From IMG/VR virus record IMGVR_UViG_3300045988_065473, positions 1 through 58,410 of that record: 58,410 bases of DNA; one strand, given 5' to 3'. How positions within the stretch are numbered: position 1 is the first letter of the stretch; the number at the start of each line of letters is the position of its first letter. The notes beneath the pieces are model-generated. The model ran no database searches. It was not told the origin of the DNA and was given only the letters and a program-made list of their open reading frames with translations. This document shows, piece by piece, positions 16,578-26,500 of the stretch. The DNA comes from a virus. The translations under genes were made by a program, and so were the position numbers.

Positions 16578-16913
16578 TTACTCCTTGTTGATGGTAGGCT
16601 TCTTGCTTTCCAGTGCCTTTTTCATCATGCTGACAGCCTTTTCGATCACGCTGTCCAGCACTTCATCGGTGATAAAAGGCTTCAGCCAGTCCGGCAGTGC
16701 GCCGCGCAGTGTGGCAAAGACCTGTGCCTTTTTCTTTGCGCCCTGACCGCTGCCCATGATGCTGTCCTCGGCGATGGTCACGAGCTCCAGCGCCCACTGC
16801 TTGACGTACTGCTTGTAACCCAGCCGGATGGCACCAACGGCCAGCGCAGCAAAGCCGATGAACATCAGTACCAGTGCGATGGGTGCGGGGATAAAGTTAA
16901 ACATTGCTTCCAT
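16578..16913 (-). CDS. Holin (LL-H-like: N-terminal TM plus a charged helical tail)
   Basis: TM segment FIPAPIALVLMFIGFAALAVGAI. Adjacent to the lysin. Confidence 0.6.
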   Translation of the reverse strand: MEAMFNFIPAPIALVLMFIGFAALAVGAIRLGYKQYVKQWALELVTIAEDSIMGSGQGAKKKAQVFATLRGALPDWLKPFITDEVLDSVIEKAVSMMKKALESKKPTINKE

Positions 16914-17286
16914 GATTTGTTACTCCTTTCAGCAGGTAGTTGTTAATATCGGATTTACTTTTTTGCATACCTTCGCGGTTATTTCCGGACAGCTGCGAAT
17001 CCAAAAGATTTTGTACGCCAACGAGTACGAGACGCATTTCTTCATCGAGGCCGTCAAAGCGGCGCAGGTCTCTTGCAAGGGCCTGTGCGTGCTGAAGCTG
17101 TCCCTGTTCCAGCACGCCAAGTCTTTTTTCGATCGTATCCATTCGCTTGTTCTGCGCATCGTCTGGGGCCTGTGCCTTTTTGACGTACTTGTGGATGATG
17201 TCCAACACCTTGTCGATGGTGATGGCCGCAGCGCACAGGCTGCCCAAGATGCCCAGCACCCACAGTAAAGCTTCTTTTTCGGTCAT
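16897..17286 (-). CDS. Membrane-anchored coiled-coil protein (XhlA-like lysis accessory or second holin)
   Basis: N-terminal TM plus coiled coil. Overlaps the lysin stop. Confidence 0.45.
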   Translation of the reverse strand: MTEKEALLWVLGILGSLCAAAITIDKVLDIIHKYVKKAQAPDDAQNKRMDTIEKRLGVLEQGQLQHAQALARDLRRFDGLDEEMRLVLVGVQNLLDSQLSGNNREGMQKSKSDINNYLLKGVTNHGSNV

Positions 17287-17972
17287 TTACCCTCCCGGAG
17301 ACGGGTCAGGCCCTTCTTGCTGATGATACCCGCATAGTCCTTATAAGCGTAACTCAGGTCTACGTTGCCGCTCACGCCCGGCATGCTGGCGGTGCTGGTG
17401 TACTGCCACATCCCAAAGGAAAAGTCTGTTTTGGGCTTGTCCTCCGGTTTGGTCTTGCTCTTGTCTCTGGGATATCTTGCCAGCCATACATCGTACTTGC
17501 GCAGCGCCGCGCCACCCATGTACAACTCCGTCTGCGCAAAATTTAGCCCGACATACAGCAGGGCATAAAAGCCCCAGCGCTCCACCGTAGCAAGCGCATA
17601 AGCGGCAAGGTCGGTCAGCGCCTGTGTGGACAGCTTCTTGATTTTGTTGTCCTCCACGTCCACGCTGATGGGCAACTCAAAGGTCTTTCCGGTCAAGGCA
17701 GTCTTGAGCAAGGCAAGCTCTGCGTCTGCCATCTCTTTATCGGTGGCGTAGGTGTAGTAGTATACGCCAACCGGCAGACCAACGCGCTTACATTCGGCAT
17801 AGTTGCGCTCAAAGGTCGGGTCAATGTACAACCCATCCTTGCGCTTGCTCAACTTGCGGTTTGTGGACACGGCTTTAAGCATCACACCGTCGATTTTTCC
17901 GCTGCGCTTCACCGCGTCCCAGTCGATGCGGCCCTGCCAACGGGAGACGTCTAAGATGGTCTTATCAGCCAT
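17283..17972 (-). CDS. Endolysin, GH25 muramidase
   Basis: ILDVSRWQGRIDWDAVK...GVYYY...DVE motifs. GGAGG RBS before the ATG at 17972. Confidence 0.85.
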   Translation of the reverse strand: MADKTILDVSRWQGRIDWDAVKRSGKIDGVMLKAVSTNRKLSKRKDGLYIDPTFERNYAECKRVGLPVGVYYYTYATDKEMADAELALLKTALTGKTFELPISVDVEDNKIKKLSTQALTDLAAYALATVERWGFYALLYVGLNFAQTELYMGGAALRKYDVWLARYPRDKSKTKPEDKPKTDFSFGMWQYTSTASMPGVSGNVDLSYAYKDYAGIISKKGLTRLREGK

Positions 17973-18096
17973 TTTCCTGCGCCTCCTTGTCCAGCTCGGC
18001 CTGTACGCGGGCCCGCCAGCGGGTCGGAACGTCGTCAATGGTGAAGGTGCCGTCAAACCGGTGGAGCTTGATCTGCGTCACGTAAAATTTTACCAT
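17965..18096 (-). CDS. XkdX-like small protein (43 aa)
   Basis: Hand-translated as MVKFYVTQIKLHRFDGTFTIDDVPTRWRARVQAELDKEAQENG. AGGAGGT RBS. Confidence 0.55.
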   Translation of the reverse strand: MVKFYVTQIKLHRFDGTFTIDDVPTRWRARVQAELDKEAQENG

Positions 18097-18097
18097 G

Positions 18098-18376
18098 TCA
18101 TACCTCCTGTGCAGCCAGCTCGATGAGACCGGCTTCCAATGCTGCCAGCCGCTCCTCTGTGGTGGGCAGGGTGCTTGCCGATTCCGGTTCCGGCACCGTT
18201 TCGCCCTCTGTCACCTCGTAGCAGTCGGCCTTATCCTCAATGCCCCACAGCGTGTCGCCCACCGCACAGGCGGCGTTGTGGGCATTCACCGCCTCAGCCA
18301 TGGCGGCGTAAGCGGTGCACTGCTCCTGCGTTTCTACGGGCTTGGCGAGGGTGTAGCCCAAAATGATTTCTTCCAT
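18098..18376 (-). CDS. Hypothetical protein
   Basis: 92-aa ORF in the tail-fibre region. Confidence 0.55.
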   Translation of the reverse strand: MEEIILGYTLAKPVETQEQCTAYAAMAEAVNAHNAACAVGDTLWGIEDKADCYEVTEGETVPEPESASTLPTTEERLAALEAGLIELAAQEV

Positions 18377-18388
18377 GTGTCTTCCTCC

Positions 18389-18844
18389 TTACTTCCAGCG
18401 ACCGATGGCAATACAATCGTGGATAACGCCAGCGTTGGTGGCATATTCTTTGCTGTTATATACTGACACACTTGCGTATGTAGTGGTTTTATCGACGAGG
18501 TTTATCGCAAGAAGATTCGTACCACCTACGTCACCAGTTTGAAGCGACATAATCGCATAATCCGCACTTGAAAAAGGTACTGCGAAAACGAACTTGCTGA
18601 ATGTTGCCGAAATTGGATTCATCTGCCCAAAAGAGATATGGCCCCAGCAAATCTGCGTGCCATCCCCTAGGCGAATGTAGCCAGCGCCGGAGGCGACAAC
18701 GCCGTTGTCTGCCGTCCCGTGCAAATCCAGTTTCCCAGCCAGCGCGTCACCGGTGGCCTTTGCGTCAGCAGGTGCGTTCTCAATGCTCAGGGTTTTGTCG
18801 ATCATATCCACCGTGCTGTTGGTGGTCATAGAACCAATTGCCAT
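18389..18844 (-). CDS. Tail-fibre tip / receptor-binding-like protein
   Basis: ...TQICWGHISF... pattern typical of gp53-like fibre C-terminal domains. Confidence 0.5.
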   Translation of the reverse strand: MAIGSMTTNSTVDMIDKTLSIENAPADAKATGDALAGKLDLHGTADNGVVASGAGYIRLGDGTQICWGHISFGQMNPISATFSKFVFAVPFSSADYAIMSLQTGDVGGTNLLAINLVDKTTTYASVSVYNSKEYATNAGVIHDCIAIGRWK

Positions 18845-19801
18845 TCAGTTCACCTCATTCTTTGCCAGCAGAATCACCACAATGTTGATGTCTACCGCTG
18901 GCCTTTTCTTTGCATAAACGCGGATGTATCCGTCAAAGGTCTCCATCGTTGCGCTCAGGCCCGGAGCGGAGAGCGCTTCGGTGGTGTTTTCCAGTGCGGC
19001 CATACCCATTGGTACTTTTTCAACAGAAGAGTCTTCCAGCGTCAAATCGCATTGCCACTGGTTGACCCCCACAGTGTTTTCTGCCTGTACCCATCCATTG
19101 GCAGGTACCGTCAGGCTGTAGGTGCGGGAGCCTACCGCAAACACCGAGAGAATAAACTTTACATCTTGCTCCGGCGCGTTCACAGCATACAGACGCACGC
19201 TGCCGTCCTTCGTCTCGACGATATTCGCCACCCGCGCCACGAAAGCTGTCATAGCGCTCTCCGGTAAAACCGCCGCAAAGGCGTTCCACTTGGCGGTGCA
19301 GTCTGCGAGGACCACGTCGGCATAATAGCGGTAAATACCGATGGGAGCTTCCAGCACCGCCCACCCGGTCTGCGGGGCCGTCAGAGTAAAAGTGCGGGAG
19401 TACCCGCCGCCGTAGCCTTTGGCGTTCTGCGTCACCACTTGTTTGGCGGCTTCCGAGTAAAGCTTGGAGTTCACTTCGGACGCAGCGGCAGCTTCTTTGC
19501 TGGCAAGAGCGCTGTCTGCGTAGCCTTTGATAAGCTTTGTTGCATCGTTGGCGGCGTTTCCTGCGGCAGCTTCCGCTTTCTTGCGGTCTTCCTCCGACTT
19601 CTTTGCAGCAGCTTCCGCCTGTATACGCGCAACGTCCGCACCTGCAACGTCACTTAAAGTATTCAGCGTCTCCGCGTTCATCGGAGTGCCTTCAACCTCA
19701 GGCTCGTCGTTGCGAACCAGTGTGACAATTTCCGATGTGCCGTCAGACTTTTTCATCGTCCATCTACCCGGATACTTTGCCTTGCGGTCAACAAATACCA
19801 T
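18845..19801 (-). CDS. Tail fibre / host-specificity protein
   Basis: N-terminus MVFVDRKAKYPGRW is typical of Firmicutes phage fibre proteins. GGAGGTGAA RBS. Confidence 0.55.
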   Translation of the reverse strand: MVFVDRKAKYPGRWTMKKSDGTSEIVTLVRNDEPEVEGTPMNAETLNTLSDVAGADVARIQAEAAAKKSEEDRKKAEAAAGNAANDATKLIKGYADSALASKEAAAASEVNSKLYSEAAKQVVTQNAKGYGGGYSRTFTLTAPQTGWAVLEAPIGIYRYYADVVLADCTAKWNAFAAVLPESAMTAFVARVANIVETKDGSVRLYAVNAPEQDVKFILSVFAVGSRTYSLTVPANGWVQAENTVGVNQWQCDLTLEDSSVEKVPMGMAALENTTEALSAPGLSATMETFDGYIRVYAKKRPAVDINIVVILLAKNEVN

Positions 19802-20252
19802 AGTAAGGTTCACCTCCGCATATTGGCTCTGAGCAGTAAAGCAAGTGGTCGTTTGCGATTCGCTCTACTTCGGCCAGAATTGTTTCAATCAGGTTCATCG
19901 TCTGATATGTCAAGTTGTTCATACTTGCCGGTGTGTCGAACAATCCACCGGGGCCGCTGCATTTGGCTCGGATGTTGGAAATGTTCACAAGCCAGCGAGA
20001 AGCGTCCGAGACAGTCAAGTATCCATTTGCATCCCAATCGGTTTTTACCGAAACAGATGCGTTCAAGATAGACGCAATCTCTTGGATTCCACTTTCAATG
20101 CGGTTGTAGTCCGTGTAGCTCAGAGCGCCCTTCATGCCAGCCAACCATTCTGCTTGCTCTTCTTCAGTCCATGTATTCAGTCGGCCTTTCTCGGTCAGCT
20201 CAGCAGCGCGACGGACGTCTTCATTCGTTCTGTCGGTAATCCATGTTGACAT
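19788..20252 (-). CDS. Tail-associated protein
   Basis: 154 aa, between the tail-tip protein and the fibre genes. Confidence 0.45.
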   Translation of the reverse strand: MSTWITDRTNEDVRRAAELTEKGRLNTWTEEEQAEWLAGMKGALSYTDYNRIESGIQEIASILNASVSVKTDWDANGYLTVSDASRWLVNISNIRAKCSGPGGLFDTPASMNNLTYQTMNLIETILAEVERIANDHLLYCSEPICGGEPYYGIC

Positions 20253-20261
20253 ATCTTCACC

Positions 20262-23132
20262 TCAAATCATCAGATTTCCGTTTGCGTCCACTTCCAGATT
20301 TGCAGGAAGGGTAAACGCAGGACGAGCAAATACATCTCCGTTGTTTGCCCAAACGCTTGCACTGGAACCTCGATAAGAGCAACATACAACGCCGTTTTCT
20401 GCTCGCGTAGCATCGTCTCCGCTCAAACCGTCCACAGACCCATCAGTCAAGCGGCTTCTAGTCCAGCAATAGGACGTTTCGCTATTGAGAATCTGTTTGG
20501 CGGTCGGAAGCGCACCGCTGCTATTGTCAGGGTAAGCGTAATAACCTTTGGCGCCGATTCCAAGCTCTTTTGCGGTCAGCAGGAAAACGCTTGTAGAAAC
20601 TTGTGAAGTGAATCCCGATTTCTTTTGCAAAACGGTTTGGCCCATTTGATTTTTCACAGAAGCGCTGAACAGGTTTTTGTAATCCCCATTTAACCAGTTT
20701 GTGATTTCAGCAGGGCCGTCATTATAAGAAGGAACCACGAAATACTTATCCTCATTATATCCCTCTCCGTAATGGTAGTTGTTCCAGAAATCATTATATC
20801 TGCCCCAATAATAAAACCAACGATTCTCCCCGGAATCGGTGTCATACAGCCAATATTTCTGATTGGGGTTTGCATCAACCTTGTTGAAACGTAGCTTTCT
20901 GAACCCATATCTGCGGACGAACAATGTTCGGCCAGCACCGTTATGATCGGAAAGATAATTATGCTGCGCAAGGATGAAATCGACCGCTGCGCCATTCTCC
21001 ACGATTTTAACAATCGTACCATCAGGCAGATTGGAAAGTGCAGAGGATTGGGCGGTAACGTTCAGGCTTACAGATTCTCCAAATGCACTTGCTGTAACTG
21101 TTGCGCTGCCTTTGGAATTCCACCAGATGCGACAAGTAGAAACACCACCGCTGTTGCTGAGAACCTGCAAACGAACAGCGCCGCTACTCGTGCTCCAATT
21201 GATGCTCGGAGCACTTGAAACAGTCGGGTGGAAGGTTGCGGTAACGTCGTTGTACTGACTCCAAGAAAGGTTTGCCGAACTCTGGCTAAGCGTAATATAA
21301 GGCACTTCTGCGGTAACCTGACAAGATGCAGAAGAATTGCCAGCGCTTGCGGTCACAGTAGCGGTTCCTTTATGAGAATACGAAACGCGGCAAGTGGAAA
21401 CGCCGTCAATGTTGGTCAAAACGTCCAAGTGCACAATGTTGGCAGGGGACGCGCTCCAACCAATTGCAGGGGAATCCATAGATGCAGGAGTCAGCCGCGC
21501 GGTTAAAATACGAGAATCAGCATATTGAAGAGAAAACAAGCTTTGGTCAAGAGATACCGAAGCGATGTCTGAAAGCATATAACCTTCCAACGTTCCCTTA
21601 AAACAGCCGTTGAAAGTGTACTTTGCATTTGTGACAAACATTTCCGACGCATAGCCAAAACTGTGATTGAGTTTTACATGGTCAAGCGCGTCAATATGAG
21701 GACTGGCGCGATATTCCAAACTCGCTTTCTTTCGCGTGGAGAGAATGAAGTAGGCTTCCGTCATGGAATTCTTGCCCTTTTCCAAAATGGAGTCATTCAG
21801 CAAAGGATTGCTGATAGACTGTGTAACGCCGTCAACGTTAGAATTGCTCGGATAAAGGCGCGTTGTATTGTTAACACTGCAAGAGACGTCTTTCAATCGA
21901 GGCGAAAAAGTGATTTCGGGCCATTGATAATTGTTCATCGGGTCGATTTCATAGACCTCAGAAGAAGAACCCGCAAAAAACGTAGGCCGTTCGATTCGAA
22001 TTTCACCCTCGCGAGTTTGGTACAAGACCATACCCGCTGCATTTGCAGCCATCTGCAAAATATCCGAGTTCTTGTAGGAGGAGTTGTTCTCTTTGCTGAT
22101 ATCTACGGTGTAATCCTTTAGCTCATCAGAAATAGAATAAGATGCAGTGTTTTTAGGAAGCCGAGAAAGCGCATCAATGCAAATATCGTACAGTGTTCCG
22201 CTTTTTCTGCCAATATATGCAGAGTCCATCAGGAATCCGAGAGCATCGCGAGCAACAAAGGAAGCTTCAATGCCGTTTGCCGGAACACTCCATTCAGACA
22301 TAAAGAATTTGCCGCCGTTAATCCACTCGGTCGTTCCATCAATATCCATTCCGTAGCTAACTGTGACAAGTTGGCGCTCATAAAGGTATCGATACATACC
22401 TTGCGGGTTCAGAGGGTTCCACGTTTGTTGGCTATTATCAAGAGAAAAAGAAATGCTATCTTTGGAAAGCTGACCGGATATTGGGTCACGATTTGACTCA
22501 TGAGTGTAAGAGATCAAGTTGTTTTTTGTATAAGCCAGTCTGAAACCGACCATGAACCATTCAATTCTTGCCCTACGGTCAGGCAAACACCAAGACAAAA
22601 CCTCAAGAGTGATTTTATCGTAGCCGGAGATTTCCCAATCGACTTCGGCTCTAAAACTGTTATTATCGTTGACAGTAATCGTGCTTACTTGCGTGTCTCC
22701 AGAATATGCCGTGAGCTTAAAGCTTTTGGCGTATTCGTTCAACGTCTCAGACCACAAAATCGTAATGCCGGGGATAGGTCTCGTGTGAAGTCTGCTAAAA
22801 GTAAACGTCAGCTTTGGATGGTTCGATTCAGAAACAATATCACGGCTGATGTATCCGGCATCATTGGCAGAAGAACCGGACGCTGGCGGAAGCAAAAATG
22901 TTCCGTCAAGCAAATGAAGATTTGGCTCTCCGGTTGCGTACTTTGCAATCGAACGTTTATCGTTTTCGGATGTAATGCCGGAAACATTGCTGAACAACGT
23001 TTGACTGTCGGCGCTTGCAGAAGCGTCTTTTTGGACGCCCGGCTCTGTACTGTCATAAAAAATCTTGATAAACGTCTCAGGAACAAGTGTTTCGCTGAAC
23101 TTGTTCAGCCATTTTTGAGAAGGGTGTTCCAT
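20262..23132 (-). CDS. Large tail-tip/baseplate protein (Tal-like) with two Ig-like (Big_2-type) repeats
   Basis: Two ~75-aa repeats (...VSTCRVSYSHKGTATVTASA... and ...VSTCRIWWNSKGSATVTASA...). Sits after the tape measure and the Dit-like gene. Confidence 0.7.
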   Translation of the reverse strand: MEHPSQKWLNKFSETLVPETFIKIFYDSTEPGVQKDASASADSQTLFSNVSGITSENDKRSIAKYATGEPNLHLLDGTFLLPPASGSSANDAGYISRDIVSESNHPKLTFTFSRLHTRPIPGITILWSETLNEYAKSFKLTAYSGDTQVSTITVNDNNSFRAEVDWEISGYDKITLEVLSWCLPDRRARIEWFMVGFRLAYTKNNLISYTHESNRDPISGQLSKDSISFSLDNSQQTWNPLNPQGMYRYLYERQLVTVSYGMDIDGTTEWINGGKFFMSEWSVPANGIEASFVARDALGFLMDSAYIGRKSGTLYDICIDALSRLPKNTASYSISDELKDYTVDISKENNSSYKNSDILQMAANAAGMVLYQTREGEIRIERPTFFAGSSSEVYEIDPMNNYQWPEITFSPRLKDVSCSVNNTTRLYPSNSNVDGVTQSISNPLLNDSILEKGKNSMTEAYFILSTRKKASLEYRASPHIDALDHVKLNHSFGYASEMFVTNAKYTFNGCFKGTLEGYMLSDIASVSLDQSLFSLQYADSRILTARLTPASMDSPAIGWSASPANIVHLDVLTNIDGVSTCRVSYSHKGTATVTASAGNSSASCQVTAEVPYITLSQSSANLSWSQYNDVTATFHPTVSSAPSINWSTSSGAVRLQVLSNSGGVSTCRIWWNSKGSATVTASAFGESVSLNVTAQSSALSNLPDGTIVKIVENGAAVDFILAQHNYLSDHNGAGRTLFVRRYGFRKLRFNKVDANPNQKYWLYDTDSGENRWFYYWGRYNDFWNNYHYGEGYNEDKYFVVPSYNDGPAEITNWLNGDYKNLFSASVKNQMGQTVLQKKSGFTSQVSTSVFLLTAKELGIGAKGYYAYPDNSSGALPTAKQILNSETSYCWTRSRLTDGSVDGLSGDDATRAENGVVCCSYRGSSASVWANNGDVFARPAFTLPANLEVDANGNLMI

Positions 23133-23133
23133 C

Positions 23134-23511
23134 TTAGACCTCCACAAGCGCCAGTTTGCATCCAGCCCAGCCCATTACGTTTCCGCTGTTTGGGCTTCGC
23201 CTCCACATACCGGATGTGCGGTCGGACACATACATCTGCCGGGTTTCATAAGTGTTTGTTGCTTGATTCAAGAATCGAACCGAGCAATAAAAGTTTCTTG
23301 TGAACAAACTAAGGACGGTTGCCCACTGGGCTGCGGTCAGGTAGTTCCACGACAGCGATACTTTTGCAACATCGTGTCGCACGACGGCCCCGACCACTTT
23401 TCCTTGAGTATTTCGTCCAGAATCCACAATCGTGCTTGTGGTAGCTTCATAAGAGGACGGTTCAGGCAATGCCGTACCGTTCACTGTGACCAGTGCTGGA
23501 ATATTTGCCAT
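23134..23511 (-). CDS. Putative distal tail protein
   Basis: Immediately downstream of the tape measure gene. Confidence 0.4.
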   Translation of the reverse strand: MANIPALVTVNGTALPEPSSYEATTSTIVDSGRNTQGKVVGAVVRHDVAKVSLSWNYLTAAQWATVLSLFTRNFYCSVRFLNQATNTYETRQMYVSDRTSGMWRRSPNSGNVMGWAGCKLALVEV

Positions 23512-23526
23512 AGAACTGTCGCCTCC

Positions 23527-26500
23527 TTAGTAGCTGTATGCTTCCGTTCCCATCAGGGACATTCCGCGATCGCTCTGACGTTTTTCGACCGCAGAAGTGA
23601 TTTCCTTTCCGTCGAGATAAACCCGAACAGTAAAGTTCCCGTTGTCCGTGTCTCCGAAACCGGATTCCTGCAAGGCGGAAACGAAGCCTTCCTTTACCGC
23701 GTCACGCAGTTCAGACGGGGTAAGCTCTGCCGACCGAGTATAACTGCTAGAAGAATACGAACCGGAGCCAGACGCCTGTTCATATTCGCTGGTTCCCGGA
23801 ACGCTGGAATAATCCAAGTTTCCAGAAGCGAGAGAATCAACGGAAGAGCTGTTTTCACGAGCCGCTGCAATCTTGTCCGCATACTCGAACAGCGGGTTCT
23901 TGATATAATCAATCTGACCGCCCCAGAGCTGTGCAACAAGGTTGTATGCGCCAATCATAATATTTACGCCGTTGATGAAGCCCTGCACAAATGTGCCGAG
24001 CAGACGAACGATTCCTTCAAAAATATAGGACATGAAATCCTTCAAGCCGCCCCACACGGAAGAAATGCCGCCCGCAACATCGCTATTCGTTCCGGCTAGA
24101 TTGAGCAGCGCACCAGCCAGCATTGCAATCAGCGAAACAACAAACAGAATCGGGTTTGCGTCCATTGCAATATTCAATCCGGTCTGTGCCGTCGTAGCCG
24201 CAACGGTCGAAGGAACCAACTGACCGATAAAGCTAGAAGCCATACCGGCAATGTTGTTCCAAACGCCACTCAGGTTGCTTGTCAGCCAAGTAAGGCTGTT
24301 TTCTGCAATAGACTTAATTTGTGCGCGCTGCTCATCATCCATTGCATGATAGAAATAGGAAGCCGCCCACTTACCAAGAGACTGCAAATCGCCCTTCTCG
24401 ATGGCAGTACCGAGCGTCTGCATACTACCCAGAAAATCGTTCTGCAAGCTGGAATCAATCTGCTGCCACTGGGTGTCCAGACCGTTCAAGAACCCGGCAA
24501 CGTAGTTGGTGGCCTGAGCAGAACCGGCGGAAATCAGCGCGTTGCCTTTCTCCTGCACAGCATTTACAACGCTCTGCATAGCAGTGGCGACGTAGGAGAT
24601 AGCCGAAGTGATGCCGTTTGCAAGGCCCTGATCGATGTAACCGCCAATCTCCGCAAACACAGTAGAAGGAGAATGAATGCCTAGAAGCGATTTGAACTTA
24701 TCAACAGCAGAAGTGGCAATACTGGTAACGCTGCTAATGGCTTGTTCCTTCAAATTTTTGATACCGTCGATAAAACCTTGAATCAGGTTTTTGCCAGCAT
24801 TAAAGAACTCATCACGCTTTTTTCTAAATTTGTCGAGAACTCCGTTTACCCATTCCGCAGCAGCTCTTCCCGCATTTGCGGCGCTTTCCTCAATGTCTTT
24901 AACTTTTTGGTCAAACGCTTTTCGAATAGTGCCGAGCGTTTCTTTTAAATCGGCGATGTTTTGTTTTGTTTGCTCAATAAGGCCGTGAATCAGCGAATTG
25001 TTTTCCCAATAGTTCGCTGCGAAATTCTTGAGACTGTCCCAAGATTTGCCAATGTTTTCCTTGAAACCTTCCCACTTCTGGCTCCACCACTCATTGAGAG
25101 CTTCTAGCTTTTCGTTGAATGTGTATCGGAAAATCTCGAACGTAGAATCAATGCCTTGTTCAGCCATATTGATTTCATTGTCAGAAAATCCAAGATTCTT
25201 TAGACGATAATGAATAGCAAGTGTAGTGTAGCCTGCATCTTCATAACGCTTAAGGTAATCTTCAATTTCCTTAATGCGGTCTTTAACGGCAAATGTAACA
25301 CCAACTTGTTCAAGAACGACGCCAATGCCGATTCCAGCAATAAGTGCAGCACCAGCTACAGGGGCAGCAGCGCCAGCTGCGAGGGCAATCGACACGCCAG
25401 CAATGCCTCCTGCTGCGCCAGAAAGGATCGTCAAAATAGCGTCGATATAATCGCCAACTTTGATAGAACCACCTTTCACGCCACTATAAGCCATTCCGAC
25501 AAGGGTAATTAGGCCAGATAACCCAATGGAGATTCCAGCAGCAGCCACGCCACCCATGCCAAGATTGGTAAGGAGTGTGATTCCAGCAATAGAACCAAAC
25601 GTGGTTGTAAGAATGCTCTGAATCCAAACGCTTGCATCGTTAGCATTTGCTTTTCCAGAGGCAAGAGCGTACGTTAAACCGGCGAGGCTCGCGACAAAAG
25701 CAACGCCCATTCCAAGCGTAATACCATCTGCGCCAATAGCTTTCCAAAGAATAAATGAGCCAAATGCGGCGGAAAGAATTTCACCGACCAAATCAATCGG
25801 ATTTCCAGTAGATGCGTAGTCTTTGGAAAAATCAAAGACCAACTTTGCTTCGATCAAAATTGTCGCAATAGATAGCGCTATTTTTTGAAAAAGGCCAAGT
25901 TTTGAAATTGCATTCCCAATATCGGTGAGAAGTTTCGCAATACCAAGAGCAGCAAGCATTGCGCCAATAACCGCAATGATATCCTTCCATTCTTCAAACT
26001 TCTTTTTGATTGCATCAACTGTATTCCCAACATACTCCTTGAACATATCGTAGCCGGACAGGTCTACATCGCCCAAGATGTTACCAGCAGATGCACCGCT
26101 GCCAGAGCCGGAGCTTCCCTGTGTAGGGTCAATGATGTTTAGTTCATCAAAGCCCATCGTGTAGTCCTTGAGAGCTTTGGCGGCTTTCTTTGTCGAATCG
26201 GTTGTGTTATCCATTGCGTCACCGATACCACCAACACTGTCAGCGCTCTTGGTGAAATCAGTGAACACGACCTTCACACCCATCAACTTTGCCACCCATT
26301 CAACAAACTCTCGAATGAGCTGTACGGCGGCAATCAGCGGGGGAAGAATGGATTTCATGGCAGGGTAGAGCAGAGAGCCAACAGACTTTGCAAGCATATC
26401 CAACTGCGCTTTCAGGATCTTAATCTGGTTCGCAGGACTTTGGATGGTCTGTGCAAGGTTGCCCTGCACATTGGCAGTCTGCTTCATAATGGCAATGTAA

